Assembly (NCBI GenBank): GCA_964016885.1 | Contig: OZ024766.1 | Location: forward strand, 19,716,001-19,780,000 | DNA length: 64,000 bases | Source of the DNA: Eledone cirrhosa | Lineage: Eukaryota | Reading direction: 5' to 3' | Shown: positions 1 to 11,401 of the stretch, piece after piece | How positions within the stretch are numbered: the stretch's first letter is position 1 | How the letters are laid out: each line of letters begins with the position of its first letter | Position numbers and translations under genes: made by a program | Notes under the pieces: model-generated | What the model saw: the letters and a program-made list of their open reading frames with translations, nothing else | Told to the model about the DNA's origin: nothing | The model's database searches: none

Positions 1-1170
1 AGGACTGAGAGTGAACCTAGCTGAGACAAAAGGTTTGGTCCTCAGCCCACTTCTGTTCTTGGAGCCCTAACAGAGGAGTTTAAGACTGGCTGTCCATGGG
101 AACTTCTCTGTGCTGAAGATCTGGTTCTTATAGCAGAATCAGTAGAGGAGCTAGAGAATAAACTCTGGCTATGGACACAGCAGTTGGAAGCAAGAGGACT
201 GAGAGTGAACCTAGCTAAGACAAAAGGTTTGGTCCTCAGCCCACTTCTGTTCTTGGGGCCCTAACAGGGGAGTTTAAGACTGGCTGTCCATGGGAACTTC
301 TCTATGCTGAAGATCTGGTTCTTATAGCAGAATCAGTAGAGGAGCTAGAGAATAAACTCTGGCTATGGAAACAGCAGTTGGAAGCAAGAGGACTGAGAGT
401 GAACCTAGCTAAGACAAAAGGTTTGGTCCTCAGCCCACTTCTGTTCTTGGAGCCCTAACAGAGGAGTTTAAGACTGGCTGTCCATGGGAACTTCTCTATG
501 CTGAAGATCTGGTTCTTATAGCAGAATCAGTAGAGGAGCTAGAGAATAAACTCTGGCTATGGACACAGCAGTTGGAAGCAAGAGGACTGAGAGTGAACCT
601 AGCTAAGACAAAAGGTTTGGTCCTCAGCCCACTTCTGTTCTTGGGGCCCTAACAGGGGAGTTTAAGACTGGCTGTCCATGGGAACTTCTCTATGCTGAAG
701 ATCTGGTTCTTATAGCAGAATCAGTAGAGGAGCTAGAGAATAAACTCTGGCTATGGAAACAGCAGTTGGAAGCAAGAGGACTGAGAGTGAACCTAGCTGA
801 GACAAAAGGTTTGGTCCTCAGCCCACTTCTGTTCTTGGGGCTCTAACAGAGGAGTTTAACTGGCTGTCCATGGGAACTTCTCTATGCTGAAGATCTGGTT
901 CTTATAGCAGAATCAGTAGAGGAGCTAGAGAATAAACTCTGGCTGTGGAAACAGCAGTTGGAATTAAGAGGACTGAGAGTGAACCTAGCTGAGACAAAAG
1001 GTTTGGTCCTCAGCCCACTTCTGTTCTTGGTGCCCAAACAGAGGAGTTTAAGACTGGCTGTCCATGGGAACTTCTCTGTGCTGAAGATCTGGTTATTATA
1101 GCAGAATCAGTAGAGAAGATAGAGAAACAGCAGGTGGAAGCAAGAGGACTGGGAGTGAACCTAGCTAAGA
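1..1170 (+). repeat. Tandem array of a ~194-bp unit (~6 copies) made of the RT catalytic segment
   Basis: aggactgagagtgaacctagct recurs at about 1, 195, 389, 583, 777, 969. Confidence 0.95.
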
Positions 1171-1725
1171 CAAAAGTGTTGATGAGTAGAAAAGAGGACA
1201 ATACTCTGATTCCATCAGGGAAATAGCCATGTTCGATATGTAGGAAAGAAACTGGCATAAATTCTATAAAATGTACACAATGCACATCTTCGGTACACGA
1301 GAGATGTAGTGGGATAGCAGGCAAACTAACAGGTAGGGAGAAATACGTATGCAGTAGATGTACAGGGAAATTAGACAGTAAAAGTCGCAGTGCTAGACAC
1401 ATTTTTCCAATGCAGGTGGGTTCTATAGAGGTGGTTGATAGCTTCCGGTACCTAGATCAGATTAGCATGGGAGGGAGGGGGCTGGGTATGTTCTGAGGCC
1501 ATAGTATCTAGAATAAAGACGAGTTGGAAGAAGTTTAAGGAGCTGCTTTCCTCTGCTGACAAAGAAGGGTTTCTTCCTGCGTACGAAAGGCAGGTTATAT
1601 GATGCCTGTGTGAGATGCGATAATGAAACATGGGCAGCAACTGCGCAGGGGATATGCGACGGCTGGAGAGAAATGAAGCAAGCATGCTCCGTTGGATGTG
1701 CTATGTCAATGTGTGTGAACCACCA
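1..1725 (+). mobile_element. Decayed RTE-clade LINE ORF2 fragment (RT core, Cys-rich zinc-finger-like insertion, post-RT region)
   Basis: Translates as LSPLLF...CPWELLYAEDLVLIAES...GLRVNLAKTKV, PCSICRK...CTQC...VCSRC, VVDSFRYL, RLERNEASMLRWMC, with frameshifts and stops. Confidence 0.88.
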
Positions 1726-1762
1726 AACATAGGTGGGGGGACGGGCAGGAAGAAATCCTTAC

Positions 1763-1933
1763 CTTCATAACCTCTTGGGCTGTTATTCCACCAATAAAAG
1801 CCTGAATTGGACATATATCTCCGCGGGACTGATAAGAGAACTCCCTCAATACATTCTCGTCCAAATTAACAGCATCTGTAGTAGCTCCAGCATTCAGTTC
1901 TTTACAAATGGCAAGGAATTTAACAGCATCTTC
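1763..1933 (-). CDS. UBA1: UBA1 coding exon 10 (EDAVKFLAICKELNAGATTDAVNLDENVLREFSYQSRGDICPIQAFIGGITAQEVMK); gene continues beyond the left edge
   Basis: acttcAG acceptor, AAG|GTAAGG donor, 171 nt; P..AFIGG..AQEVMK motif. Confidence 0.96.
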
Positions 1934-2015
1934 CTGAAGTAAACAACAATAACAGTAAGAACAAGCTCGAGCTTTTCACTCCAACGTAGTGGATATGTAA
2001 ATGCATTTGGGAGTT

Positions 2016-3025
2016 TTAACCCTTTAACATTTACATTACTCTATATATACTGTTGTATTTTCACAGTAAAGGCTTTACCTCACATAATATCTCATAACAT
2101 TTACATTACTCTATATATACTATTGTATTGTCACAGTAAAGGCTTTACCTCACATAACATTTACATTACTCTATATATACTATTGTATTGTCACAGTAAA
2201 GGCTTTACCTCACATAATATCTCACATAACATTTACATTACTCTATATATACTATTGTATTGTCACAGTAAAGGCTTTACCTCACATAATACCTCACATA
2301 ACATTTACATTACTTTATATATACTATTGTATTGTCACAGTAAAGGCTTTACCTCACATAATATCTCACATAACATTTACATTACTCTATATATACTATT
2401 GTATTGTCACAGTAAAGGCTTTACCTCGCATAATATCTCACATAACATTTACATTACTCTATATATACTATTGTATTGTCACAGTAAAGGCTTTACCTCA
2501 CATAATATCTCACATAACATTTACATTACTCTATATATACTATTGTATTGTCACAGTAAAGGCTTTACCTCACATAATATCTCACATAACATTTACATTA
2601 CTCTATATATACTATTGTATTGTCACAGTAAAGGCTTTACCTCACATAATATCTTACATAACATTTACATTACTCTATATATACTATTGTATTGTCACAG
2701 TAAAGGCTTTATCTCACATAATATCTCACATAACATTTACATTACTCTATATATACTATTGTATTGTCACAGTAAAGGCTTTACCTCACATAATATCTTA
2801 CATAACATTTACATTACTTTATATATACTATTGTATTGTCACAGTAAAGGCTTTACCTCACATAATATCTTACATAACATTTACATTACTCTATATATAC
2901 TATTGTATTGTCACAGTAAAGGCTTTACCTCACATAATATCTTACATAACATTTACATTACTCTATATATACTATTGTATTGTCACAGTAAAGGCTTTAC
3001 CTCACATAACATTTACATTACTCTG
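2016..3025 (+). repeat. 72-bp minisatellite amplified from the left part of a TTAA-CCCTTT MITE
   Basis: Starts at ttaaccctttaacatttacattact; unit catttacattactctatatatactattgtattgtcacagtaaaggctttacctcacataatatctcacataa; same unit at 13970-14755. Confidence 0.93.
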
Positions 3026-3054
3026 TTTCCATTGGTCTATACATACATATACAC

Positions 3055-3087
<33 letters not shown>

Positions 3088-3296
3088 TACATATACATAT
3101 ATACATACACATACATACACATACATACATACACATACATATATATATACATACACATACACATACATATATATATATACATACACATACATATACACAT
3201 ACATACACATACACATATACATACATACTAGATAGAGAAAGCTATTTAGAACAAGAAAAAAAAAAAAAAAAAAAAAGAAGTTGTAATCAAACTTAC

Positions 3297-3443
3297 TTCA
3301 TTCCTGGGTTTGGGGTTTTCATTGTGGGCTTTCATGTACTCATCTAGCGCTTGGAAGGCCAGATGCAAGACGGCTGGACGATCAAACTTTGCAAAATCTG
3401 TCATCAAAAATTCAGGGCTTGCAATGGCCTCCCTCAGTGGTTT
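3297..3443 (-). CDS. UBA1: UBA1 coding exon 9 (KPLREAIASPEFLMTDFAKFDRPAVLHLAFQALDEYMKAHNENPKPRNE), four-helix bundle
   Basis: ctctccacAG acceptor, GTAAGT donor, 147 nt; TDFAKFDRP..LH.AFQAL motif. Confidence 0.97.
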
Positions 3444-3622
3444 CTGTGGAGAGAGAGGCCCGAAAAAAAATATGAGAGGAGAGTAACATAGCATTCCATA
3501 GTGTAGCACTGGAGGGAGAGCCTGGGGCCTTTGGAGTTATTATAATAATAATAATGATGAAATTATTGTGTACAGTGCTCAGGTGCACTACAACTCATCA
3601 AAGGTGCATGTATAGTACATAC

Positions 3623-3945
3623 AATAATTGTTTCTACTTTTGGGGGGGCAGAAGGCCAGCAATTACCCCAGTGTATTACTGGTACTTTATTTTATCGACC
3701 CCGTAATAATTGTTTCTACTTTTGGGGGCACAAGGCCAGCAATTACCCCAGTGTATTACTGGTACTTTATTTTATCAATCCCGTAATAATTGTTTCTACT
3801 TTTGGGGGGGCACAAGGCCAGCAATTACCCCAGTGTATTACTGGTACTTTATTTTATCAATCCCGTAATAATTGTTTCTACTTTTGGGGGGGCACAAGGC
3901 CAGCAATTACCCCAGTGTATTACTGGTACTTTATTTTACTGACCC
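3623..3945 (-). repeat. ~81-bp tandem array derived from the 3' part of SINE family 2
   Basis: Unit aattgtttctacttttgggggcacaaggccagcaattaccccagtgtattactggtactttatttt..ccccgtaat; matches the single copy at 52636-52752. Confidence 0.9.
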
Positions 3946-4810
3946 CTGAGTTGAGAGAGAAACTGTATATAAGAGGGATAAGTTGTGGTGTGCGGGAGAG
4001 AAGACTGAGATGGTGTGGACATGTGATGTGTTGAGAGAGAAACTGTGTATAAGAGGGATAAGTTGTGGTGTGTGGGAGAGAAGACTGAGGTGGTATGGAC
4101 ATGTGATGTGTTGAGAGAGAAACTGTGTATAAGAGGTATAAGTTGTGGTGTGTGGGAGAGAAGACTGAAGTGGTATGGACATGTGATGTGTTGAGAGAGA
4201 AACTGGGTATAAGAGGGATAAGTTGTGGTGTGTGGGAGAGAAGACTGAGATGGTATGGACATGTGATGTGTTGAGAGAGAAACTGTGTATAAGAGGGATA
4301 AGTTGTGGTGTGTGGGAGAGAAGACTGAGGTGGTATGGACATGTGATGTGTTGAGAGAGAAACTGTGTATAAGAGGGATAAGTTGTGGTGTGTGGGAGAG
4401 AAGACTGAGATGGTATGGACATGTGATGTGTTGAGAGAGAAACTGTGTATAAGAGGGATAAGTTGTGGTGTGTGGGAGAGAAGACTGAGATGGTATGGAC
4501 ATGTGATGTGTTGAGAGAGAAACTGTGTATAAGAGGGATAAGTTGTGGTGTGTGGGAGAGAAGACTGAGGTGGTATGGACATGTGATGAGCATGGAGGAT
4601 GAGCGCTGCGTAAAGAAGTGCCAAGAAATCCCAGTAGAAGGAAGACCAAGAAAAACATGGGCGGAGGTGGTGAAAGCTGACCTCAGATTGCTGAAGCTCA
4701 CGGAGGAGATGACGAAGGACCGTGACAAGTGGAGAGGAGATGCTGTGCTGAATAGGACCCGTCCCACCCTTGCAAGCAGGGAAAAATGGATGTAAAACGA
4801 TGATGATGAT
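3946..4810 (+). mobile_element. RTE LINE 3' end with an internal 80-bp tandem array (~8 copies) and (GAT)n tail
   Basis: LREKL.IRGISCGV.ERRLRWYGHVM...GRPRKTWAEVVKADL...DRDKWR is typical of the RTE ORF2 C-terminus; array spans 3946-4588. Confidence 0.9.
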
Positions 4811-4853
4811 AACTCTAAACTTGTTACCACCAAGAGAAGCCAAATATACTTAC

Positions 4854-4951
4854 AAATTCCAACTTCTTAGGCATCTTCACTTTTTTCACAATACCTCCAC
4901 AGTTATACTGGGGATAACATGAAGTGTCCCCAATACTAAAAGTGTAGGGGC
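4854..4951 (-). CDS. UBA1: UBA1 coding exon 8 (GPYTFSIGDTSCYPQYNCGGIVKKVKMPKKLEF)
   Basis: tttcAG acceptor, GTAAGT donor, 98 nt; GPYTFSIGDT and GG.V..VK.PK motifs. Confidence 0.96.
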
Positions 4952-5325
4952 CTGAAATACAGAAAGAACAGGGAAAAATAAGGACATTTACACAACAAAC
5001 CTCCCCAATACTAAAAGTTTAGGGGCCTGAAATACAGAAAGAACAGGGCAAAATAAGGACATTTACACCACAAACCTCCCCAATACTAAAAGTGTAGGGG
5101 CCTGAAATACAGAAAGAACAGGGCAAAATAAGGACATTTACACAACAAACCTCCCCAATACTAAAAGTTTAGGGGCCTGAAATACAGAAAGAACAGGGCA
5201 AAATAAGGACATTTACACAACAAACCTCCCCAATACTAAAAGTTTAGGGGCCTGAAATACAGAAAGAACAGGGCAAAATAAGGACATTTACACCACAAAC
5301 CTCCCCAATACTAAAAGTGGAGGGG
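4928..5325 (-). repeat. 75-bp tandem array duplicating the acceptor and first 24 nt of UBA1 coding exon 8
   Basis: ccccaatactaaaagt recurs at 4928, 5003, 5078, 5153, 5228, 5303. Confidence 0.95.
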
Positions 5326-5564
5326 TGTGAAAAAAAAAAAAAAAAAAAAAATCTCTTTTTTATATTATGTATAGATATTACAATTAGTCATCATTTTTTA
5401 TGGCACGGGGGTAGCTAAGGTAGCATTATAACAGGAACACTGTCTGTCTGTCTGTCTGTCTGTCTGTCACAATCAGTTTATATAGAGGGGGAGAGGGAGG
5501 AAGCACCAAGGAGGAGATATTTACTGAGAGAAATAGATAGACAGAAAGTGGTGACGGCACCCCC

Positions 5565-5647
5565 ATCTAGAGAGAGAGATAGAGAGATGGAGAGAAAGAG
5601 AGAGATGGAGAGAAAGAGAGAGAGAGATGGAGAGAAAGAGAGAGATG

Positions 5648-5706
<59 letters not shown>

Positions 5707-6043
5707 AAAGAGAGAGAGAGAGAGAGAAATAGAGAGACTATTAGTCACACCAACCTTCATGAGAGAGAGAGAGAGAGAAAGAGAGACTATTAGTCACACC
5801 AACCTTCATGAGAGAGAGAGAGAGAAAGAGAGAAAGAGAAAGAGAGAGAGAGAGAGATAGAGAGACTATTAGTCACACCAACCTTCATGAGAGAGAGAGA
5901 GATGGAGATAGAGAGATAGAGAAAGAAAGAGAGATGGAGAGAAAGAGATAGAGAGAAAGAGATAGAGAAAGAGAGAAAGAGATAGAGAAAGAGAGATAGA
6001 GAGAGAAAGAGAGATAGAGAGACTATTAGTCACACCAACCTTC

Positions 6044-6091
<48 letters not shown>

Positions 6092-6305
6092 TGGAGATAG
6101 AGAGAGAGAGATAGATGGAGATAGAGATAGAGAGAGAGATAGAGAGAAAGAAAGAGAGAGAGATGGAGAGATAGAGATAGATGGAGATAGAGATAGAGAG
6201 AGAGATAGATGGAGATAGAGATAGATGGAGATAGAGATAGAGAGAGATAGATGGATAGAGAGAGAGAGATAGATGGAGATAGAGAGAGAGAGAGAGAGAG
6301 AGAGG
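5565..6305. repeat. (AG)n-rich low-complexity tract with four embedded copies of gactattagtcacaccaaccttcatg
   Basis: Direct inspection. Confidence 0.95.
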
Positions 6306-6406
6306 GCAGAGCAGGGGGGGGGGGGCACCAAGCAAAAGATACGACAAGGTCACCCCTCCCCCCCCCTCATTTAGTAACGACATTAAAGAGAGGGAGTTAC
6401 ACTCAC

Positions 6407-6539
6407 CAAGAACCTTTATTTTAATGGGGTCGGAATTATTCAGATTTGTCATTCCTTGGACCTCAGTAAACGCGACATAATCGCCGTCCTCATAGCCATG
6501 TCTTGCCTCGTCCAGGCATGTGACAATCCCTTCAGCATC
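6407..6539 (-). CDS. UBA1: UBA1 coding exon 7 ([44 protein letters not shown]), FCCH domain
   Basis: tttgcAG acceptor, G|GTGAGT donor, 133 nt; CLDE.RHG.EDGD.V.F.EV.GM motif. Confidence 0.97.
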
Positions 6540-6574
6540 CTGCAAATAGCAACGGCAAACGGGCAATTATTTCA

Positions 6575-8225
6575 GCCCCAGTATATCCCTGGTATCATAT
6601 TTCATCAACCCCAGAAGGATGAGGTAAAAGTTAGTCTTCGTCTATTAAATCTACCCCAGTATGTCACTGGTACTGTATTTTATCTTAAAGGTAAAGTTAG
6701 TCTTAGCCTATTAAATCAACCCCAGTATGTCACTGGTACTGTATTTTATCTCAAAAGTAAAGTTAGTCTTAGCCTATTAAATCTACCCCAGTATGTCACT
6801 GGTACTGTATTTTATCTTAAAGGTAAAGTTAGTCTTAGCCTATTAAATCTACCCCAGTATGTCACTGGTATTATATTTTATCTCAAAAGTAAAGTTAGTC
6901 TTAATCTATTAAATCAACCCCAGTATGTCACTGGTACTGTATTTTATCTTAAAGGTAAAGTTAGTCTTAGCCTATTAAATCTACCCCAGTATGTCACTGG
7001 TACTATATTTTATCTTAAAGGTAAAGTTAGTCTTAGCCTATTAAATCTACCCCAGTATGTCACTGGTACTGTATTTTATCTTAAAGGTAAAGTTAGTCTT
7101 AGCCTATTAAATCTACCCCAGTATGTCACTGGTACTGTATTTTATCTCAAAGGTAAAGTTAGTCTATTAAATCTACCCCAGTATGTCACTGGTACTATAT
7201 TTTATCAACCCCAGAAGTATGAAAGGTAAAGTTAGTCTTAGTCTATTAAATCTACCCCAGTATGTCACTGGTACTGTATTTTATCTTAAAGGTAAAGTTA
7301 GTCTTAGCCTATTAAATCTACCCCAGTATGTCACTGGTACTGTATTTTATCTCAAAAGTAAAGTTAGTCTTAGCCTATTAAATCTACCCCAGTATGTCAC
7401 TGGTACTGTATTTTATCTCAAAAGTAAAGTTAGTCTTAGCCTATTAAATCTACCCCAGTATGTCACTGGTACTGTATTTTATCTCAAAAGTAAAGTTAGT
7501 CTTAGCCTATTAAATCTACCCCAGTATGTCACTGGTACTATATTTTATCTTAAAGGTAAAGTTAGTCTTAGCCTATTAAATCTACCCCAGTATGTCACTG
7601 GTACTGTATTTTATCTTAAAGGTAAAGTTAGTCTTAGCCTATTAAATCTACCCCAGTATGTCACTGGTACTGTATTTTATCTTAAAGGTAAAGTTAGTCT
7701 TAGCCTATTAAATCTACCCCAGTATGTCACTGGTACTGTATTTTATCTTAAAGGTAAAGTTAGTCTTAGCCTATTAAATCTACCCCAGTATGACACTGGT
7801 ACTGTATTTTATCTTAAAGGTAAAGTTAGTCTTAGTCTATTAAATCAACCCCAGTATTTCACTGGTACTATATTTTATTAAACCCAGAAGGATGAGAGGT
7901 AAAGTTAGTCTTAACCTATTAAATCAACCTCAGTATGTCACTGGTACTGTATTTTATCTTAAAGGTAAAGTTAGTCTTAGCCTATTAAATCAACCACAGT
8001 ATGACACTGGTACTGTATTTTATCTTAAAGGTAAAGTTAGTCTTAGTCTATTAAATCAACCCCAGTATGTCACTGGTACTGTATTTTATCTTAAAGGTAA
8101 AGTTAGTCTTAGCCTATTAAATCTACCCCAGTATGTCACTGGTACTGTATTTTATCTTAAAGGTAAAGTTAGTCTTAGTCTATTAAATCTACCCCAGTAT
8201 GTCACTGGTACTATATTTTATTTTT
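6575..8225 (-). repeat. 63-bp minisatellite (~25 copies) derived from SINE family 2
   Basis: Unit aaaggtaaagttagtcttagcctattaaatctaccccagtatgtcactggtactgtattttatct; shares ccccagt..actggtact..tttat and gatgaaagg.aaagtta with 52636-52752. Confidence 0.88.
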
Positions 8226-8229
8226 AAAA

Positions 8230-8921
8230 GCTAAAGGGTTGACATAAGTACGAGCAGCTAGTTACGGCTGGTTTAAACACTAAAGGGTTAACATAAGTAC
8301 GAGCAGCCAGTTATGGCTGGTTTAAACACTAAAGGGTTGACATAAGTACGAGCAGCCAGTTATGGCTGGTTTAAACACTAAAGGGTTAACATAAGTACGA
8401 GCAGCTAGTTACGGCTGGTTTAAACACTAAAGGGTTAACATAAGTACGAGCAGCCAGTTATGGCTGGTTTAAACACTAAAGGGTTAACATAAGTACGAGC
8501 AGCTAGTTATGGCTGGTTTAAACACTAAAGGGTTAACATAAGTACGAGCAGCCAGTTATGGCTGGTTTAAACACTAAAGGGTTAACATAAGTACGAGCAG
8601 CTAGTTATGGCTGGTTTAAATGCTAAAGGGTTAACATAAGTACGAGCAGCCAGTTATGGCTGGTTTAAACACTAAAGGGTTAACATAAGTACGAGCAGCT
8701 AGTTATGGCTGGTTTAAACACTAAAGGCTTAACATAAGTACGAGCAGCTAGTTATGGCTGGTTTATATGCTAAAGGGTTAATATCGAATCTGTGAGATTT
8801 TGATGTTATTTTGAGAACAATACCTTAACATAAGTACGAGCAGCCAGTTACAGCCGGTTTGAAGAGAAAGAGGTGAGAGAATTCCAGCCGGATACAGCCG
8901 GTTTAAATGCTAAAGGGTTAA
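8230..8921 (+). repeat. 49-bp tandem array of the MITE right terminus (..taaagggTTAA), ending in a MITE 3' fragment
   Basis: Unit ctaaagggttaacataagtacgagcagccagttatggctggtttaaaca; terminus gccggtttaaatgctaaagggttaa also at 14868-14892. Confidence 0.88.
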
Positions 8922-8933
8922 AGAAGAGCCTAC

Positions 8934-9024
8934 CTTTGTGACAGACGCAACCATGTTAGTTATTGGTTGTTCACCATCAATATCAGCGACCACAAAACCG
9001 TCTCCAAAATCACAGAAAATCTGT
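8934..9024 (-). CDS. UBA1: UBA1 coding exon 6 (QIFCDFGDGFVVADIDGEQPITNMVASVTK)
   Basis: tttcAG acceptor, AAG|GTAGGC donor, 91 nt; FCDFG motif. Confidence 0.96.
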
Positions 9025-9059
9025 CTGAAATTAGAAAGAAAGGACAAAAAACACCGTGA

Positions 9060-9433
9060 GGGTTTTGTGGTGGATATGGTGGTGGTGGTGGTAGATGTAA
9101 TAGTGGTGGTGGTGGTGTTGGTGATGGTGGTAGATATGGTGGTGGTGGTGGTGTTGGTGATGGTGGTAGATATGGTGGTGGTGGTGTTGGTGGTAGATAT
9201 GGTGGTGGTGGTGTTGGTGATGGTGGTGGTGATGGTGGTGTTGGTGGTGGTTATGGTGATGTTGGTGGTGGATATGGTGATGATGGTGATGGTGGTGGAT
9301 ATGGTGATGATGGTGGTGGTGGTGGTGGTGGTGTTGGTGGATATGGTGGTGGTGTTGTTGGTAGATGTGATAGTGGTGGTGGTGGATATGATAGTGGCAG
9401 TGATATTGGTGGAAATGATGGTGGTGGTGGTGT
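9060..9433. repeat. Degenerate (GGT)n trinucleotide tract
   Basis: Direct inspection. Confidence 0.95.
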
Positions 9434-9461
9434 AGTTAATGATGGAGATGACCCCTGAGTT

Positions 9462-9783
9462 GTGTGGGAGGTCTATTTACAAGCTCCACCCCTGTACTGT
9501 GTGGGTGGAGGTATACTTACAAGCCCCACCCTTCTACTGTGTGGGTGGAGGTATACTTACAAGCCCCACCCTTCTGTGTGGGTGGAGGTATACTTACAAG
9601 CCCCACCCCTCTACTGTGTGAGTGCAGGCCTGTACTGTGTGGGTGGAGGTATACTTACAAGCCCCACCCCCTCTAGTGTGTGGGTGGTGGTATACTTACA
9701 AGCCCCACCCCCTCTACTGTGTGGATGGAGGAGTATTTACAAGCCCCACCCCCCTCTAGTGTGAGGGTGGGAGGTATACTTAC
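9462..9783 (-). repeat. ~40-bp tandem array containing copies of the exon-5 donor GTAAGTAT
   Basis: gtgggtggaggtatacttacaagccccaccc repeated ~7 times, abutting the exon end. Confidence 0.9.
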
Positions 9784-9890
9784 CCAAACAAACCCTTCGT
9801 GCTGGCCACAATAAACTTCATTCCAAACTTCCGACAGAGGTCGTTGATTCTCTGCTGCTCATCCAGAGAACTGTTGGTCAGTACAATGAC
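9784..9890 (-). CDS. UBA1: UBA1 coding exon 5 (VIVLTNSSLDEQQRINDLCRKFGMKFIVASTKGLFG)
   Basis: TAG acceptor, GG|GTAAGT donor, 107 nt, phase consistent. Confidence 0.96.
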
Positions 9891-10139
9891 CTAGGGTGGG
9901 GAGAGAGAGAGAGAGAGTGAGAGTGAGGGTGAAAGAGAGTGGGAGTGAGGGTGAGAGAGAGTGGGAGTGAGGGTGAGAGAGAGTGGAAGTAAGAGAGTGG
10001 GAGTGAGGGAGAGTGGTGAATGTTTATACAATGACCCAGGGTGGGGAGAGACAGAATGAGTGAGAGGGGGGGGAGTGAGGGAGAGTGAGAGTGAGTGAGA
10101 TAGAGCTAGAGAGAGAGATAGATAGACATATAGATAGGT

Positions 10140-10715
10140 ATGTTTCTTTATTAGCCACAGGGGCACAAAAGAAGGGGACAAATACAAAGGGGGAAGTTTA
10201 CATACAATAAAAATGTGTAAAATGTTATCACAAATGCAATTTAAAAATTAGTCGATTTTCCCCAATAGAGGGAGACAGTTTATATGGGTAACACATACCC
10301 CCGAAAAAAAATGTGCAACCCTCATCTCCAGGAGTACCAAGAGTTTGTACTCCTTTCCTCTCTTCCTCCTTTTCCTCAACCTACAGGCTGATATAGAGAG
10401 AAGGCCCATTCACTCGGGCCATTCTCGCCACTTTCACCCACCTTTCATAGAACTTGCTGGGGTACAGCACCTCTCTCTCCATCCTGACTCTTCTTCCAAA
10501 GTGGTATTTGAAAAAAAAAGATCAGTTGTTGGCCGGAGAGAAAGGTGTCTGACCTCAGCCCTTTCAACCTCGTCCACCATACAACCTCTTTCGCCATAGC
10601 TATCACACAAAGGAAAACCGCCTCTCCTTCGTTTTTGAAGGAGGGTGGGAGGTTTGATCATGACAATGGACTCGGTGGTCAACTGGATTGGTCCCACCCG
10701 CGACAATAGTCGTTC
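10140..10715 (-). mobile_element. L1/Tx1-like LINE 3' fragment
   Basis: Reads ...AVFLCVIAMAKEVVWWTRLKGLRSDTFLSGQQLIFFFKYHFGRRVRMEREVL...ERWVKVARMARVNG*, then UTR and AATAAAGAAA into a microsatellite; homologous copies at 13612 and 15402. Confidence 0.7.
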
Positions 10716-10939
10716 TACATAGCCCCACAGATAGATAGATAGAGAGAGAGAGTGAGAGTAGTGAATGTTGATTCCATGACCCAGGATGGGGACAGAATGC
10801 GTTTTCGAGGCGACAGAAAGAGGCTAGCTGGAGAGAAGGTTATGACGTTGCCCTCATCTAGAGAGACGGGGAGAGAGAGAGATAGGGAAAGAGAAAAAAA
10901 AAGCAATGTGGCCTCCATCTAATTATAGCAAGGCCTTAC

Positions 10940-11074
10940 CTGGAATTTTTTCAAGAACTCTTCATTCAAGTCCCCCATGTAACAATTCACCGGGACATAG
11001 TTGTTTAACTCTGCCAGCCGGGGGGCAGTGACTTCCGCTCGGTTCTTACCAACATCCTCTTCTCTCAGGAAAAA
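10940..11074 (-). CDS. UBA1: UBA1 coding exon 4 ([45 protein letters not shown])
   Basis: AG/GTAAG boundaries, 135 nt, in frame; FL.EED.GKNRAE...RLAELN.YVPV motif. Confidence 0.97.
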
Positions 11075-11166
11075 CTACAACACAGATACAGATATATTAT
11101 ATATACATATATATATATGTATTATGAAAATAAAACAAAGAAGCCTTCAATACATCAAAAGTCTTT

Positions 11167-11211
11167 ATTAGCCGACAATGTTTCGTCCTATTAAGGACTC
11201 ATCAGGGCAAT
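11167..11211 (-). ncRNA. Minimal type I hammerhead ribozyme motif, intact core
   Basis: AUUGCC-CUGAUGA-GUCCU(UAAU)AGGAC-GAAAC(AUU)GUC-GGCUAAU: all core nucleotides present, 5-bp stem II, 2-bp stem III, GUC cleavage triplet, bulged 6-bp stem I. Confidence 0.8.
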
Positions 11212-11358
11212 CAAAACCACAAGAAGCACTATCGGCCAGTACAAGCCGAAAACTCCGAAGAATATGGAGTGTACATACACTAAAGTATTGGAAGATAAAT
11301 ATATATATATATATATATGACCAATAGTTAATTAAAGTTCATTGATTGTCTACATTTA

Positions 11359-11401
<43 letters not shown>

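Noticed and set aside
2123-3235. 370-aa repeat ORF (and the similar ORFs at 6456-8227 and 13954-14799)
   Set aside because: These are translations of 72-bp and 63-bp TE-derived minisatellites antisense within UBA1 introns, with no coding signature.
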